DNA of 64,000 nucleotides from a virus: IMG/VR virus record IMGVR_UViG_3300047323_000673, positions 32,001 to 96,000 of that record; one strand, 5' to 3'. Shown piece by piece: positions 11,055 to 22,937 of this stretch (position 1 is its first letter; each line of letters starts with the position of its first letter). The notes under the pieces were generated by a model. It saw only the letters and a program-made list of their open reading frames with translations, ran no database searches and was not told where the DNA came from. The position numbers and the translations under genes were made by a program.

Positions 11055-11803
11055 ATTTTTATTCTTTTAGAATTTATTTTATTATCGTTAAGCTCTGAAT
11101 TTAATTCTTTTGCCAATTTAAATTTCTCACGATTAGCAAATAAATAAGGAACATCTAATACTTCAGATTTAAAATGCTCAACTGTCTTTTTAACCTTTTT
11201 GCTATATTGCATATCTAAATCAAAAATCATGTATTCAACCAATTCAACATTATCTGATTCATAAGCTCGTTCTAATAAACGAAGAGTTTTGATATCTTTG
11301 CTTAAGTTTTGATTACTTAAAAAGTATTTAGCAACAGTATTTCCTTCTGTATAATCAGTAGAAAAAATTGAATTATAATATTTTTTGTAAATAATATAAT
11401 CTTTACCATCAGGTAGACTTAATAAATGTTTTATAACATCAAGCTGCCCATTTTGGTATGCTTCTCTAGCACACTTTTCAAAATTATTGACATTACCAAG
11501 AAAGCCTGACCTATTTCTAAAAAAATCTAATATTTCTATTGAACCATTTTTACATGTTTCTAAAATACTATTGCCATAATCGTCAAAATGACATTTATAT
11601 ACATAATGTGTTTTGTTTTCTTCTGGTATTTCGTTAAATAAATATTTAATAACATCTAATTGTTTACCTTGGCATGCCGCATTTATAGCATTTCTAAAGG
11701 TGTAATTAAAAAGATCTTTAAATATATTTAATTCTTTAGTGCCAGCTTTAACTTTTTCCATATCACCATCATGACATGCTTGATAATATTCTTCATTATT
11801 CAT
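11051..11803 (-). CDS. degenerate ankyrin-like repeat protein, C-terminally tagged
   Basis: [34 protein letters not shown]; ends [18 protein letters not shown]. Confidence 0.75.
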   Translation of the reverse strand: MNNEEYYQACHDGDMEKVKAGTKELNIFKDLFNYTFRNAINAACQGKQLDVIKYLFNEIPEENKTHYVYKCHFDDYGNSILETCKNGSIEILDFFRNRSGFLGNVNNFEKCAREAYQNGQLDVIKHLLSLPDGKDYIIYKKYYNSIFSTDYTEGNTVAKYFLSNQNLSKDIKTLRLLERAYESDNVELVEYMIFDLDMQYSKKVKKTVEHFKSEVLDVPYLFANREKFKLAKELNSELNDNKINSKRIKI

Positions 11804-12098
11804 ATTAAATCTCCATATCTAAATTCTATCAAACTAAAATTAATAAACAATAAAGTTTTTAGATGAACATCAGTAGGACCACAATATTGATTCATTCATG
11901 ATCAATGTTTTATTCTCAAAACCTGCTCAGTATGGTTTTACCATATATAGTGAACTCTCACCTACTTCTTCAATACATGTTTTCAAAATGATATTAGTTT
12001 TATTATGACCGTTTTCTAGCCGAATTCAAATGAAAAATATATTGATTAAAGTTCAAAATCCATATATAGTTCATTTAATTAATTAAGTGGAGTTCAAT

Positions 12099-12448
12099 AT
12101 GTCTGATAAGCTATTTAACCTACAGAAACAGATTGATGAACTTGAGGCGCAAAAGAGGGCTCTTGTTAAAAAGGAAAGATCAAAAATCATTGAAGAAGTT
12201 GGGCATTGATTGTTCTATATGGTATTACAAAAACTGAACTGAATAAATTCTTTTCAGGTAATGTTTCTACCTCGAAATTAAAACCTACAAGCAAAGAAAA
12301 GTTTACCTATATGAATCCAGAAACAGGAGAAAAATGGATAGGTAATATTGCATCCAGAGGTCGTAGGCCAAATTGGGTTAGAGATTTTGTTGCAGACGGA
12401 AAGATTGAAGAATGTTTGGTTAAAGATGAACATCAATCTAGTCAATGA
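12099..12448 (+). pseudogene. hns: H-NS-family nucleoid protein, frameshifted near 12201-12203
   Basis: SD GGAG plus ATG 12099, coiled-coil LQKQIDELEAQKRAL; continues in another frame as ALIVLYGITKTEL...YMNPETGEKW.G...RGRRPNWV. Confidence 0.75.
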
Positions 12449-12554
12449 AAATGCATTTAGTAATATCACCATTGTGACATAATTGATAATATTATTTATA
12501 CCAAATCGCATAAATAAAAGATAAAACGATAAAAAACTCAAATAGAGGCTTAAT

Positions 12555-13121
12555 TTATATTTTTATTTTTTTATCAGAGATGATTTTTTCACTTAATTCT
12601 TGCCTTAATTCTTTTTCTAGCCAATAAGTATCAATAGCTTTATTTCTTTCATTTTTATCTTCAAATTTAGTCCAATATACACTTATTGATTTATCTGAAA
12701 CAATTAAGTCAACTTTATCTAATTGATAAGGCTTCCATTTAGATATGTCACCTTTAAAATCAGAATGAGCAAAAATATAATTCATGTTTGTTACATGAGA
12801 AACATCCCACTTTGAAATGTCGCTATTAAATATTGCATTATAAAACATTGAAACCATATTCTTAACATTAGATGTATCCCAATTAGATATATCGCCATTA
12901 AATTTAGAAGTATTGAACATACTTCTCATATTTTCAACTTTGGACACATCCCACCCTGAAATATCTCCATTAAAGTCTAATTCATAAAATAAATAACTCA
13001 TATCTGTAATACTAGAAACATCAATATGATTTAAATCACATTCGTTTCCATGTAATTCAATCTCTTGATTTATAATTTTTATTAAATGTTCTCTATCTTT
13101 GACTAGAATTATAGGTTTCAT
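12555..13121 (-). CDS. BspA/DUF285-like repeat protein, C-terminally tagged
   Basis: 188 aa; ends [18 protein letters not shown]. Confidence 0.92.
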   Translation of the reverse strand: MKPIILVKDREHLIKIINQEIELHGNECDLNHIDVSSITDMSYLFYELDFNGDISGWDVSKVENMRSMFNTSKFNGDISNWDTSNVKNMVSMFYNAIFNSDISKWDVSHVTNMNYIFAHSDFKGDISKWKPYQLDKVDLIVSDKSISVYWTKFEDKNERNKAIDTYWLEKELRQELSEKIISDKKIKI

Positions 13122-13711
13122 ATTTTTAATTTTTTTTCTTTAATTTCATTAAGACTTAATTCTGAAGTTAGTTCTTTATTTAATTCATTTTTCCAATGAT
13201 AAGCATTAATAGCTTTTCTTCTAACTTCTTGATCATCATATTCAATCCAATAAGGTATGTGGATACCTATTTGTATACCTCTATATAACATAGATTTTGG
13301 AGGAGATTTTAAATTATATGGTTTCCAATTAGATATATCCCCTTTAAATTTTGAAGACCTAAACATTTCAAACATATTTTCAACATTAGAAACATCCCAA
13401 TCTGATATGTCCCCATTAAATTCAGATTCTCTAAACATTTCATGCATATCTTTAACATTTGATACATCCCATTTTGATATATCTCCATTAAATGTAGAAT
13501 ATGCAAATAAACCTCGCATTTCTATTACATTAGAAACATTCCATAAGCTAATATCTCCATTGAAATCCAAATCAGTAAATAATCCATTCATTGTTATTAT
13601 TTGCGAAACATCAATATGATTTAAGTTACATTTACTCCCATTTAATTCTAATTCATTATAAATTAAATCTTTCAAATGTTCTCTATCGTTAGCTATAATT
13701 ATAGGTTTCAT
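13118..13711 (-). CDS. BspA/DUF285-like repeat protein, C-terminally tagged
   Basis: Ends [18 protein letters not shown]. Confidence 0.92.
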   Translation of the reverse strand: MKPIIIANDREHLKDLIYNELELNGSKCNLNHIDVSQIITMNGLFTDLDFNGDISLWNVSNVIEMRGLFAYSTFNGDISKWDVSNVKDMHEMFRESEFNGDISDWDVSNVENMFEMFRSSKFKGDISNWKPYNLKSPPKSMLYRGIQIGIHIPYWIEYDDQEVRRKAINAYHWKNELNKELTSELSLNEIKEKKLKI

Positions 13712-14277
13712 ATTTTTACTTTCTTTTCTAATTTATTTTTTTCAACTAGTTCTTGCCCCAACACTTTTTGTAAACAATAAGCATCAATAGCTTTATTTCT
13801 TATTTCTTTATTTTCAAAATTAGCCCAATATGTGATAGGTGCTAAACAATTCTTAAAAGCCTCAACTATACAATCCAAACTATATGGTTTCCATTTTGAT
13901 AAATCTTGACTAAATTTAGAATCTCTGAATATTTCTCTTATACTTTCTACTTTAGAAACATCCCAATCAGATATATCATTATTAAATTCAGAATCATAAA
14001 ACATTGCTCCCATATTTGTAACATTAGATACATTCCATTTAGAAATATCACCTCGGAATATAGAAAATCCGAACATTCCATACATACATTTTACGCTAGA
14101 AACATCCCATTTAGATATATCTCCATTAAACAGAGAATGCTCAAATAAATAGGTCATATCAGTAACATTAGAAACATCAATATAATTTAAATCACAATTA
14201 TTACCATTTAATTGAATTTCTGCATTAATTAACTCTATTAAATGCTGTTTATCTGTAGCTATAATTGTATTCTTCAT
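13708..14277 (-). CDS. BspA/DUF285-like repeat protein, C-terminally tagged
   Basis: 189 aa; ends [18 protein letters not shown]. Confidence 0.92.
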   Translation of the reverse strand: MKNTIIATDKQHLIELINAEIQLNGNNCDLNYIDVSNVTDMTYLFEHSLFNGDISKWDVSSVKCMYGMFGFSIFRGDISKWNVSNVTNMGAMFYDSEFNNDISDWDVSKVESIREIFRDSKFSQDLSKWKPYSLDCIVEAFKNCLAPITYWANFENKEIRNKAIDAYCLQKVLGQELVEKNKLEKKVKI

Positions 14278-14984
14278 ATTTTTAACTTCTTTTCATTAAC
14301 ATTATTCTGACTCAAATTTTTACTTAATTCTTGATTTAAATAATATGCATTAATAGCTTTTACAATACCTTCATGAGTATATTTTGCCCAATATGGTTTT
14401 TTAGCAGAACATTTATGAAAAATTTCAGTCATATCTTCTATGCTATATGGCTTCCAATTGGTTAAATCACCATTAAATTGAGAATTTTTAAACATATAGC
14501 TCATATCTCTAACCTGAGAAACATCCCATTTACTTATGTCACCATTAAATAAACTTTCCCTAAACATAAAACCCATACTTAGTACTTGAGATGTATCCCA
14601 ATTACTGATATCGCCATTAAAATTTGATGAACAAAACATATTTTGCATATTTTTGACACCAGAAACATTCCAATTACTGATATCTCCATTAAAACTAGAC
14701 TTCCAAAACATACTACCCATATCTTCTACCTTAGAAACATCCCATTTACTTATGTCACCATTGAATAAACTTTCTCTAAATATATAGTTCATATATCTGA
14801 CATTACTAACATTCCAATTACTGATATCGCCATTAAATTTAGATTGTTGAAATAATTCATACATATTCGTAATATTAGACACATCTATATGATTTAAGTC
14901 GCATTGATTACCATATTGTTTAATTGACACATGAATTAAAAAGTCTAAATGTTCTCTATCTTTAGCAATAATCCTTGGTTTCAT
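14274..14984 (-). CDS. BspA/DUF285-like repeat protein, C-terminally tagged
   Basis: 236 aa; internal 216-bp periodic duplication; ends [18 protein letters not shown]. Confidence 0.92.
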   Translation of the reverse strand: MKPRIIAKDREHLDFLIHVSIKQYGNQCDLNHIDVSNITNMYELFQQSKFNGDISNWNVSNVRYMNYIFRESLFNGDISKWDVSKVEDMGSMFWKSSFNGDISNWNVSGVKNMQNMFCSSNFNGDISNWDTSQVLSMGFMFRESLFNGDISKWDVSQVRDMSYMFKNSQFNGDLTNWKPYSIEDMTEIFHKCSAKKPYWAKYTHEGIVKAINAYYLNQELSKNLSQNNVNEKKLKI

Positions 14985-15961
14985 ATTTTTATTCTTTTCT
15001 TAACTTCATTACTACCAATTAATTCTTTCTTCAATTCTTTATTTAACCAATAATTATTAATAGCTAGTATTCTTCTTTCTTGATTCTCAATTTTTTCCCA
15101 ATAAGGACTGGTAATATTAACACTTAAATCAATAAGCCCATCTTTCAAACTATACGGTTTCCAATCAGATAAGTTTCCATTAAATTTAGAATCAAAAAAC
15201 ATATGACTCATGTCTTCTACATTTTCTACATCCCATTTACCAATATGACCGCTAAAATAAGAATTTTCAAACATAAAAGACATATCTTTAACATTTGAAA
15301 CATTCCAATTACTGATGTCGCCATCGAATTTACTAGATGAGAAAATATATTTCATGTTTTCTACATTACTAACATCCCATTTAGAAATATCACCATCAAA
15401 TTCAGACCTCCAAAACATAAAAGACATATCTTTAACACTTGATACATTCCATTTAGATATATCATTATTAAACCTAGAATTAGAAAACATATGACTCATA
15501 CTTTTAACATTAGAAACATCCCAATTGCTTATATCACTATTGAAATATGAATTAATAAACAGAGAATTCATATTAATGACATTAGAAACATCCCACTGAC
15601 TTATATCCCCATTAAACCGCGAATATTCAAACATGCTTTTCATATTTTTGACATTAGAAACATCCCATTTAGAAATGTCTCCATTAAATTTACTATGTGT
15701 AAACATCTCCATTGTAAACTCAACATTACTCATATCCCATTGACTAATATTTCCATTAAAATCAGAATGAAGAAATAAAGTAGACATATTCTTCACTTGA
15801 GAAACATCAATATGGTTTAAATCACATTCGTTTCCATGTAACTTTATCTCTTCTTGAATAAGACTAATCAAATGTTCTCTGTCTTTAGCAATAATCTTAT
15901 TATTTTTATCTTCTTTAGTTTTAAAGATGCTAAATAAATTTAAAAAGAAATTATTTTTCAT
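14981..15961 (-). CDS. BspA/DUF285-like repeat protein with N-terminal extension, tagged
   Basis: Extension [13 protein letters not shown]; ends [18 protein letters not shown]. Confidence 0.92.
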   Translation of the reverse strand: MKNNFFLNLFSIFKTKEDKNNKIIAKDREHLISLIQEEIKLHGNECDLNHIDVSQVKNMSTLFLHSDFNGNISQWDMSNVEFTMEMFTHSKFNGDISKWDVSNVKNMKSMFEYSRFNGDISQWDVSNVINMNSLFINSYFNSDISNWDVSNVKSMSHMFSNSRFNNDISKWNVSSVKDMSFMFWRSEFDGDISKWDVSNVENMKYIFSSSKFDGDISNWNVSNVKDMSFMFENSYFSGHIGKWDVENVEDMSHMFFDSKFNGNLSDWKPYSLKDGLIDLSVNITSPYWEKIENQERRILAINNYWLNKELKKELIGSNEVKKRIKI

Positions 15962-16653
15962 ATTTTTACCTTCTTTTTAGGCGTACTTTGAATATTTAAT
16001 TCCGCATTTATCTCTTTATGTAAATGATATGTGTCAATAATTTGTGCCATATCTTGGTCATCATGACGATACCAATATGGTGTGTTGATGTTAGATCTAA
16101 TAAATGTGCCTGCCCATTCTTTTACATTGTAAGGTTTCCAGTTAGTTAAATCACTAAATACTTTAGATGTATAAAACATTGCATTCATGTTCTCTACTTT
16201 AGAAACATTCCATTTGCTAATATCTCCATTAAATTGGGATGAATCAAACATATATCTCATATTTTTAACTCTTGAAACATCCCAATTACTGATATTCCCA
16301 TTAAATTTTGAGTGTGAAAAAAGACTGTCCATGTTTGTGACATTCGCTACATTCCATTTAGAAATATCCCCATTAAACTCAGAATATAAAAAAAGATTCT
16401 CCATATTTTCAACATTAGAAATATCCCAATTACTAATATTTCCATTAAATTTAGAATAAGCAAATAAATTACTTATATCAGTAATTTGAGACACATCAAT
16501 ATGATTCAAATCGCACTCATTTCCATATTTTTTAACTGCTTCATGAATTAAAAAATCTAAATGCTCTCTATCTTTAGCAACGATTATTTCAGGTTGTATT
16601 CCTAAAAAATTTTTTTTGATACCTGCTAAAATTAAAAATAATTTATGTTTCAT
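15958..16653 (-). CDS. BspA/DUF285-like repeat protein with N-terminal extension, tagged
   Basis: Extension [18 protein letters not shown]; ends [18 protein letters not shown]. Confidence 0.92.
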   Translation of the reverse strand: MKHKLFLILAGIKKNFLGIQPEIIVAKDREHLDFLIHEAVKKYGNECDLNHIDVSQITDISNLFAYSKFNGNISNWDISNVENMENLFLYSEFNGDISKWNVANVTNMDSLFSHSKFNGNISNWDVSRVKNMRYMFDSSQFNGDISKWNVSKVENMNAMFYTSKVFSDLTNWKPYNVKEWAGTFIRSNINTPYWYRHDDQDMAQIIDTYHLHKEINAELNIQSTPKKKVKI

Positions 16654-17159
16654 AATTTTATTCTTTTCCTAGAATTACTATTGTCACCTAATTCTTTATT
16701 TAATTCTTTTTCTAACCAATAATTTTCAATAGCTGTTTTTCTTTTTTCTTTATCTTCAAAATTAGCCCAATAAGGAACATCAATAATACATTTATCAAAA
16801 ATACCTTCGAAATATTCTATATTAAAAGGTTTCCAATTATTTAAGTTTCCTTTAAAATCTGATTCATAAAACATCCAGCCCATATTTTTAACTCTACTAA
16901 CATCCCACTTACTAATATCCCCATTAAACCGTGAACTAGAAAACATATTATTCATGCTTTTGACATGTGAAACATTCCATTTACTAATGTCACCATTAAA
17001 ATCTGATGAACTAAATAAACCATAAAGATCATCAATTTTACTTATATCAATATGGTTTAAATCACATCTGTTTCCATATAAATTCATTTCATCTTTAATT
17101 AATTCTTGTAAGTGATAAGAACTGGAAGCTACAACTATTTGTTTCATATTTATCTCCAT
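16650..17159 (-). CDS. BspA/DUF285-like repeat protein, C-terminally tagged
   Basis: Starts ATG GAG ATA AAT ATG; ends [18 protein letters not shown]. Confidence 0.92.
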   Translation of the reverse strand: MEINMKQIVVASSSYHLQELIKDEMNLYGNRCDLNHIDISKIDDLYGLFSSSDFNGDISKWNVSHVKSMNNMFSSSRFNGDISKWDVSRVKNMGWMFYESDFKGNLNNWKPFNIEYFEGIFDKCIIDVPYWANFEDKEKRKTAIENYWLEKELNKELGDNSNSRKRIKL

Positions 17160-17181
17160 GAATTAATTTTAAAATAAAGAT

Positions 17182-17199
17182 AAGCCCTAGGTTGGGCTT
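17182..17199 (-). terminator. intrinsic terminator
   Basis: aagccc-N6-gggctt. Confidence 0.7.
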
Positions 17200-17204
17200 T
17201 TATA

Positions 17205-17966
17205 TTAAAGCTTATTTTTCTTTTGATTGCCAGGTTTATTGTCTAATTCAACATCAAGAATCATTGATGTTAATACAGCACCAGAACTGTGATCCAATTG
17301 ATATAGTGAATTCGTTAAATCAGTCAAATTATCAGTAAATTTATTAACCTTAACTACACTAGATATAATAGGATATTGCTCAATTAAGAAAGCTGGAATT
17401 ATTTTTTTGTATTTACTAATATATGAAGTTTTTTCATCTTTTAAAAAACAGTCTAAAACTAAAAATGATAAAGGATTTAAATTTAAACTTTCTCCACGAT
17501 CATAAATCCCCTTACCTAAATCAATTTGTATTCCGTGTGATTCTTCATGATCTCTAAGGACTAAAGACTCTAATTGCCCACTAATAAAATAAGGGTAATC
17601 TCTTTTATCCATTGGAGTTTTTAACATATCCTCTATTCTATCAAGAGTATCCTGTGGAAAAGGTGTATTTTGTACATGCTTATTAAACCCTTCCTCGTGT
17701 CTTTTATAAATTTCTGCCATAAAATTAGGAGCCTCTTCAATAGATGAAAATGTTAAACTAACACCCTTTTCTCCATTATCACTTTTACTTACCGTATTTA
17801 AAACAAAGTTTACATTAATCATACTTGAATAATGATTATAAGGAATCCTTATTTCAAAATTAATATCTTTAGGTCTAAAGCAGAAATAATCCTCATGATT
17901 AGAGTCAACCCTTACATTATCAGCCTTATTTAATAAATCAAGCAAAAATTTTTCTTTATTATTCAT
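17205..17966 (-). CDS. hypothetical protein with C-terminal tag
   Basis: 253 aa, no repeats recognised; ends ILDVELDNKPGNQKKNKL. Confidence 0.8.
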   Translation of the reverse strand: MNNKEKFLLDLLNKADNVRVDSNHEDYFCFRPKDINFEIRIPYNHYSSMINVNFVLNTVSKSDNGEKGVSLTFSSIEEAPNFMAEIYKRHEEGFNKHVQNTPFPQDTLDRIEDMLKTPMDKRDYPYFISGQLESLVLRDHEESHGIQIDLGKGIYDRGESLNLNPLSFLVLDCFLKDEKTSYISKYKKIIPAFLIEQYPIISSVVKVNKFTDNLTDLTNSLYQLDHSSGAVLTSMILDVELDNKPGNQKKNKL

Positions 17967-18193
17967 TTTTAAATTCCGTTTGTTATATTAATAATAAGGG
18001 AAAATAAACCAAAAACAAAATATTATTAGAGGATGCTTAACAGGTATTGGATATATTGGGCTGAATTAATATATAAAGATACAAACAATTTAATTTAAAT
18101 CAAATAATCATTAAATAGCAAAGAATCCCATTAGACTTTAATAATCATATATAGTAATTTTTTACTTAAAATGCATAACAATAGGAATCTAAT

Positions 18194-18436
18194 ATGAAAA
18201 AAAAATTCATAATATTAAATATTTTATTATTAACTGCCTGCACAAATTATGGACATAAAAAGGTAGATAATTTTAAAACCAACAATTCATCTTATAATGA
18301 TCCTGATATTCTTTTTATTCAGACAGATAATCCTTTCTTAGATGATAAGGTAGTAGCTCCAAAATCTTCTTATATTAATGGTTATAAAAAAGAAAAAGGA
18401 AATTTAAATAAAAATAAAACAAAATCTAAAAAATAA
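18194..18436 (+). CDS. small lipoprotein
   Basis: SD AGGA; MKKKFIILNILLLTAC lipobox. Confidence 0.7.
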   Translation: MKKKFIILNILLLTACTNYGHKKVDNFKTNNSSYNDPDILFIQTDNPFLDDKVVAPKSSYINGYKKEKGNLNKNKTKSKK

Positions 18437-18460
18437 AACCAAGAAGGGGCTTTTATTACT

Positions 18461-18525
18461 GCGCCTATATAACTCAATATTTTTTTATTAAGTGAATCTA
18501 TGTTTAGCTATTTTTTAGATTTCAT
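18461..18525 (-). pseudogene. decayed 5' stub of a BspA-like gene
   Basis: ATG overlaps the TGA of 18522..19667; frameshifted MKSK..AKHR.HLIKK.IELY resembles the family N-cap. Confidence 0.5.
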
Positions 18526-19667
18526 ACTTTGATTTTTTTCTTAATCTCATTGTTACTAGTTAATTCTTGTCTTAATTCTTTATGTAACAAATAATTATTA
18601 ATAGCCAGTATTCTTTTTTCTTGATCATCAATTTTTGCCCAATAAGGAATATTTGGGGCATTTTCATCAAACATATTCATGCAGTTTTCTAATTTTAAAG
18701 GCATCCAATTGGATATGTCGCCGTTAAATTTGGAGTTTTTAAATAAATATTCCATATTCTCAACATTTGATACATCCCAATTACTAATATCTCCATCAAA
18801 ATCTGAAGCAGCAAACATTATAGCCATATTTCGAACATTGCTTGTATTCCATTGGCTAATATCTCCATTAAATTTTGTTTTGTAAAACATACCCTGTAAA
18901 TCATTCACATGAGAAATATTCCACTTAGAAACATTCTTATTAAACTTTGACTCTCTAAACATATTGCTCATATTTTTTACATTAGAAACATCCCATTCAG
19001 ATACATCACCGTTAAATTCTGACTTAAAAAACATATTGTGCATATCTAAAACATTAGAAACATCCCATTCTGAAATATCACCATTGAATTTAGAGGCATT
19101 AAACATACCACTCATATTTTTAACATTAAAAACATTCCAATTTGATATATTTCCATTGAATTTTGATTTTTCAAACATCATTTGCATATTGATGACATTT
19201 GAAACATTCCAATTTGATATATCACCATTAAATTCAGAACCATAAAACATCATTTCTATATTTTTAACATTAGAAACATTCCATTGAGAGATATCTCTAT
19301 TAAATTTTGAGTCGTTAAACATTAAACTCATATCTTCTACCTTAGATGTATTCCATTTACTTAAATCATTATCAAATAATGATTTGTAAAACATAAGTCG
19401 CATATTTTTAACATTAGAAACATCCCACAGACTAATATCTCCGGTAAATTTAGACCAATTAAAAAGTTCACTCATGTCAGTAACATTACTAACATCCCAT
19501 TGTGAGATATTTCCATTAAAATCTGAATTTTTAAATAAATTAGATAAGTCAGTGATATTAGAAACATCAATATGGTTCAAATCACATTTTTTCCCATTTA
19601 ATCTCATTTCTTCTCTAATTAAATCTCTTAAATGGTCTTTATCTTCAGCTATTATCTTAGTCTTCAT
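18522..19667 (-). CDS. BspA/DUF285-like repeat protein (11 internal repeats), tagged
   Basis: 381 aa = 165 + 9x24; ends [18 protein letters not shown]. Confidence 0.93.
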   Translation of the reverse strand: MKTKIIAEDKDHLRDLIREEMRLNGKKCDLNHIDVSNITDLSNLFKNSDFNGNISQWDVSNVTDMSELFNWSKFTGDISLWDVSNVKNMRLMFYKSLFDNDLSKWNTSKVEDMSLMFNDSKFNRDISQWNVSNVKNIEMMFYGSEFNGDISNWNVSNVINMQMMFEKSKFNGNISNWNVFNVKNMSGMFNASKFNGDISEWDVSNVLDMHNMFFKSEFNGDVSEWDVSNVKNMSNMFRESKFNKNVSKWNISHVNDLQGMFYKTKFNGDISQWNTSNVRNMAIMFAASDFDGDISNWDVSNVENMEYLFKNSKFNGDISNWMPLKLENCMNMFDENAPNIPYWAKIDDQEKRILAINNYLLHKELRQELTSNNEIKKKIKV

Positions 19668-20326
19668 ATTTTTATCTTTTTCTTAAAGCTACTATTATCA
19701 TTTAACTCTGTATTCAATTCTTTTTCGAGATGATAAATATCAATCAATTTATTTCTCTTTTCTTTATCATCAATTTTGGACCAATAAGGAGCTTTTGCTG
19801 GACAATGATAAAAAGCTCCAACAGTCGTAGTATTTCCAGAAATACCCTCTTCTAATTTATATGGCTTCCAATTAATTAAATCATGACTAAAATTAGATTC
19901 TGTAAAAATTCCACCCATATTTTCAACATTACTAACATCCCAATTGGATATATCACCATTAAACTTTGATTTCCAAAAAGCCATATACATGTTTTTAACA
20001 TTTGACACATTCCAATTGCTTATATCACCATTAAACTTAGAATTGGAAAATATTCCCAACATACTTTCAACATTGCTTACATTCCATTTACTAATATCCC
20101 CATTAAATTCAGAATAATTAAACATATTAGTCATATATTTGACCTTACTAACATTCCAATTGCTAATATCGCCATCAAATTGAGAGTATTCAAAAATATA
20201 ACTCATATCAGTAACATTAGAAACATCTATATGGTTTAAATCACATTCGTTTCCATTTAATTCAATTTCTTGTTGAATTAATTCTGTTAAATGAGCTTTA
20301 TCTTTAGCAATAATTTTATTTTTCAT
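19664..20326 (-). CDS. BspA/DUF285-like repeat protein, C-terminally tagged
   Basis: C-cap insertion [12 protein letters not shown]; ends [18 protein letters not shown]. Confidence 0.92.
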   Translation of the reverse strand: MKNKIIAKDKAHLTELIQQEIELNGNECDLNHIDVSNVTDMSYIFEYSQFDGDISNWNVSKVKYMTNMFNYSEFNGDISKWNVSNVESMLGIFSNSKFNGDISNWNVSNVKNMYMAFWKSKFNGDISNWDVSNVENMGGIFTESNFSHDLINWKPYKLEEGISGNTTTVGAFYHCPAKAPYWSKIDDKEKRNKLIDIYHLEKELNTELNDNSSFKKKIKI

Positions 20327-21057
20327 ATTTTTACCTTCTTTTTAGCATTATTATTATTACTTAATTCTTTACTTAATTCTTTTTGGAAATGATAAATATC
20401 AATTAATCTGTCTCGTTTTTCTTTATCGTTAACTTTGGCCCAATAAGGAATTGGTGCTGGACAATTATCAAACCCTCCAACAGTTGTAGCACTTTCACAA
20501 ATACCATATTTTAATTTATATGGTTCCCACTTAGTTAAATCATGACTGAAATCAGATTCTGTAAAAATTCCTTCCATGTCTTCAACATTTCCAACAGTCC
20601 AATTAGAAATGTCTCCATTAAATTTTGATTGCCAAAAGATCATATGCATGTTTTTAACCTGAGAAACATCCCATTTGCTTATATTTCCATTGAATTTAGA
20701 ATTGGAAAACAATCCTTCCATACTTTCAACTTGAGAAGTGTCCCATTTAGAAATATCTCCATTAAATTTAGAATGACTAAACATATTATTCATATTTTTA
20801 ACTTTACCAACACTCCAATTACTAATATCTCCATTAAACTCAGAATAGTCGAACATATAACTCATATCTTCTACATTACTAACATTCCATTTAGAGATAT
20901 CTCCATTAAAATCCTTGCCATTAAATAAATTACTTAAATCAGTAAAACTAGAAACATCAATATGGTTTAAATCACATCCGTTTCCATGTGATTCTATTTC
21001 CTGCTCGATTAACTTCACTAAATGTATTTTGTTATTAGGTATTATAGTCGGCTTCAT
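20323..21057 (-). CDS. BspA/DUF285-like repeat protein, C-terminally tagged
   Basis: C-cap insertion [12 protein letters not shown]; ends [18 protein letters not shown]. Confidence 0.92.
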   Translation of the reverse strand: MKPTIIPNNKIHLVKLIEQEIESHGNGCDLNHIDVSSFTDLSNLFNGKDFNGDISKWNVSNVEDMSYMFDYSEFNGDISNWSVGKVKNMNNMFSHSKFNGDISKWDTSQVESMEGLFSNSKFNGNISKWDVSQVKNMHMIFWQSKFNGDISNWTVGNVEDMEGIFTESDFSHDLTKWEPYKLKYGICESATTVGGFDNCPAPIPYWAKVNDKEKRDRLIDIYHFQKELSKELSNNNNAKKKVKI

Positions 21058-21638
21058 ATTTTTACCTTTTTCTTAGAGCTATTATTTTCACTTAACTCTT
21101 GGCTCAAATCCTCACTTAAACAATAAGATTCAATAGCTTTTATCAATTTTTCATTACTATCATAATTTGCCCAATAAGGAATTGGTGCAGGACATTTAAT
21201 AAATATATTATTATTACTTTGTTCTAAACTAATCGGCTTCCATTTTGATAAGTCCTGCTTAAAATTTGATTCGGCAAACATCTCTTCCATATCTATAACA
21301 CTACTAACATCCCAGTTAGATATTTCTTTATTGAATTTAGAATAAACAAACATATAATACATATTTGTGACATTTGAAACATTCCAGTTAGAGATATCTT
21401 CATTAAATTTAGAACTTCTAAACATGCTATCCATGTTGGTCACATTGCTCACATCCCATTTTGAAATATCCCCATTAAAACGGCTGTTAAAATTACCATT
21501 GCTAAAAACAGTCCTCATGCTCTTAACTAAAGAAACATCAATATGATTTAAATCGCATTCCTTACCATTCAATGCAATTTCTATATTAATTAATTTTATT
21601 AAGTGCTGATTATCTCTAGCTATAATTTTAGGCTTCAT
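21054..21638 (-). CDS. BspA/DUF285-like repeat protein, C-terminally tagged
   Basis: Ends [18 protein letters not shown]. Confidence 0.92.
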   Translation of the reverse strand: MKPKIIARDNQHLIKLINIEIALNGKECDLNHIDVSLVKSMRTVFSNGNFNSRFNGDISKWDVSNVTNMDSMFRSSKFNEDISNWNVSNVTNMYYMFVYSKFNKEISNWDVSSVIDMEEMFAESNFKQDLSKWKPISLEQSNNNIFIKCPAPIPYWANYDSNEKLIKAIESYCLSEDLSQELSENNSSKKKVKI

Positions 21639-22336
21639 ATTTTAAGGCTTTTCTTTTTAGGTTCATCATTAATCTTTAAATCATTTTTTAAATCATTATG
21701 TAGCTTATATTTATCAATTGCTTCTTTTCTTGCTTGTTTATCGTCAAATTCAGCCCAGTAAGGAATAATAACTGTAGCAAAAGTGAACATTTCATAACAC
21801 GAACCTAATTTATATGGTTTCCATTCATTTATATTGCCCGAAAAAACAGAAGCATTAAACATGTATCTCATATTTATTACATTACTTACATCCCAATTTG
21901 AAATATCACCATTAAAAATAGAGCCAAGAAATAGTGAACCCATATTTTCTACTTTGGAAGTATTCCACTTTGATATATCACTATTAAATTCAGAGCTTTC
22001 AAACATACGACTCATATCTTTAACATTAGAAGTATTCCAATTACTAATATCACCATTAAATCTTGCTCTGTAAAACATCCCTTCCATATTCTCAACATTG
22101 GAGACATCCCATTGACTAACATCACCATTAAATTCAGTTTTTTCAAATAGAAAACTCATATTTGTAATCTTACTTACATCAATATGATTTAAATCACAAT
22201 TATTACCATTCTGTTCAATTTCTTCATTAATTAATTGTTCTAAATGTCCTTTATTTCTAGCAATAATTTTATCACTAGAAAACCTTTTAATTAAATAGTT
22301 AATATATTGTTTAACAATTTTCATGTTTATCTCCAT
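21635..22336 (-). CDS. BspA/DUF285-like repeat protein with N-terminal extension, tagged
   Basis: Close paralog of 8029..8790; ends [19 protein letters not shown]. Confidence 0.92.
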   Translation of the reverse strand: MEINMKIVKQYINYLIKRFSSDKIIARNKGHLEQLINEEIEQNGNNCDLNHIDVSKITNMSFLFEKTEFNGDVSQWDVSNVENMEGMFYRARFNGDISNWNTSNVKDMSRMFESSEFNSDISKWNTSKVENMGSLFLGSIFNGDISNWDVSNVINMRYMFNASVFSGNINEWKPYKLGSCYEMFTFATVIIPYWAEFDDKQARKEAIDKYKLHNDLKNDLKINDEPKKKSLKI

Positions 22337-22441
22337 TACTTTATTCTAGCAAAATAAAAATAACTATCAATTTACTATTAAATATAACAGTAGAAATACA
22401 ATTTAAATTTAATATAATTAATATCTAACTAAAGGACCATA

Positions 22442-22822
22442 ATGACCAAAATAATAAAAACTATTATCTCTTCAATTCTCATACTATCTATCTCAGGATG
22501 TGCCAATATGGGGGCTAATTATCGTCCCATAATAGATAGCAAAGTAATCAATCGTGCAAAATATGAACAAGATTTAAAAGAATGCCAGGAATTCGCTAAA
22601 GAGGCACCAAGTGGAATGGATGGTGTTATAGCTGGTGCAGTCGTTGGAACTTTAATAGGTGCAGCAGTAGGTGGTTCTACAGGAAACTCGTATATTCGTA
22701 ATTCAACGATGAATTATGGTGGAACATACGGAGCATTGAGTGGTGGAGCATCAGCAGAAGGAACTCAAAGAAATATTATAAAGAGATGCTTAACAGGTCG
22801 TGGTTATAGTGTGTTAAATTAA
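22442..22822 (+). CDS. glycine-zipper lipoprotein
   Basis: Lipobox LSISGC, YEQDLKECQEFA, GAVVGTLIGAAVGG zipper. Confidence 0.75.
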   Translation: MTKIIKTIISSILILSISGCANMGANYRPIIDSKVINRAKYEQDLKECQEFAKEAPSGMDGVIAGAVVGTLIGAAVGGSTGNSYIRNSTMNYGGTYGALSGGASAEGTQRNIIKRCLTGRGYSVLN

Positions 22823-22828
22823 AAGGAG

Positions 22829-22852
22829 AGCCTCTAGATAGAGGCTTTTTTA
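22829..22852. terminator. bidirectional intrinsic terminator
   Basis: agcctct-agat-agaggct plus T-tract. Confidence 0.8.
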
Positions 22853-22937
22853 TATTTTAGTTCTCTTTATTAAATCATCACCATTACCTAAAATTTTTTA
22901 AATCCTCCTTACCTTGAGCAATAATTTTAGTTTTCAT
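22850..22937 (-). pseudogene. collapsed BspA cassette (N-cap remnant fused to tag)
   Basis: MKTKIIAQGKEDLK, then after a 1-nt slip in an A6 run ILGNGDDLIKRTKI*. Confidence 0.65.

Noticed and set aside
11850..12030. Possible interrupted ORF on the minus strand between the ankyrin-like gene and hns
   Set aside because: Short, stop-interrupted, with no recognisable motif or start signals.
12278..12541. ORF-track 87-aa minus-strand ORF; likewise 30557, 30836, 38709, 39153 and 63630
   Set aside because: Antisense to better-supported genes (hns, the HTH gene, small membrane or repeat genes) and without independent evidence.
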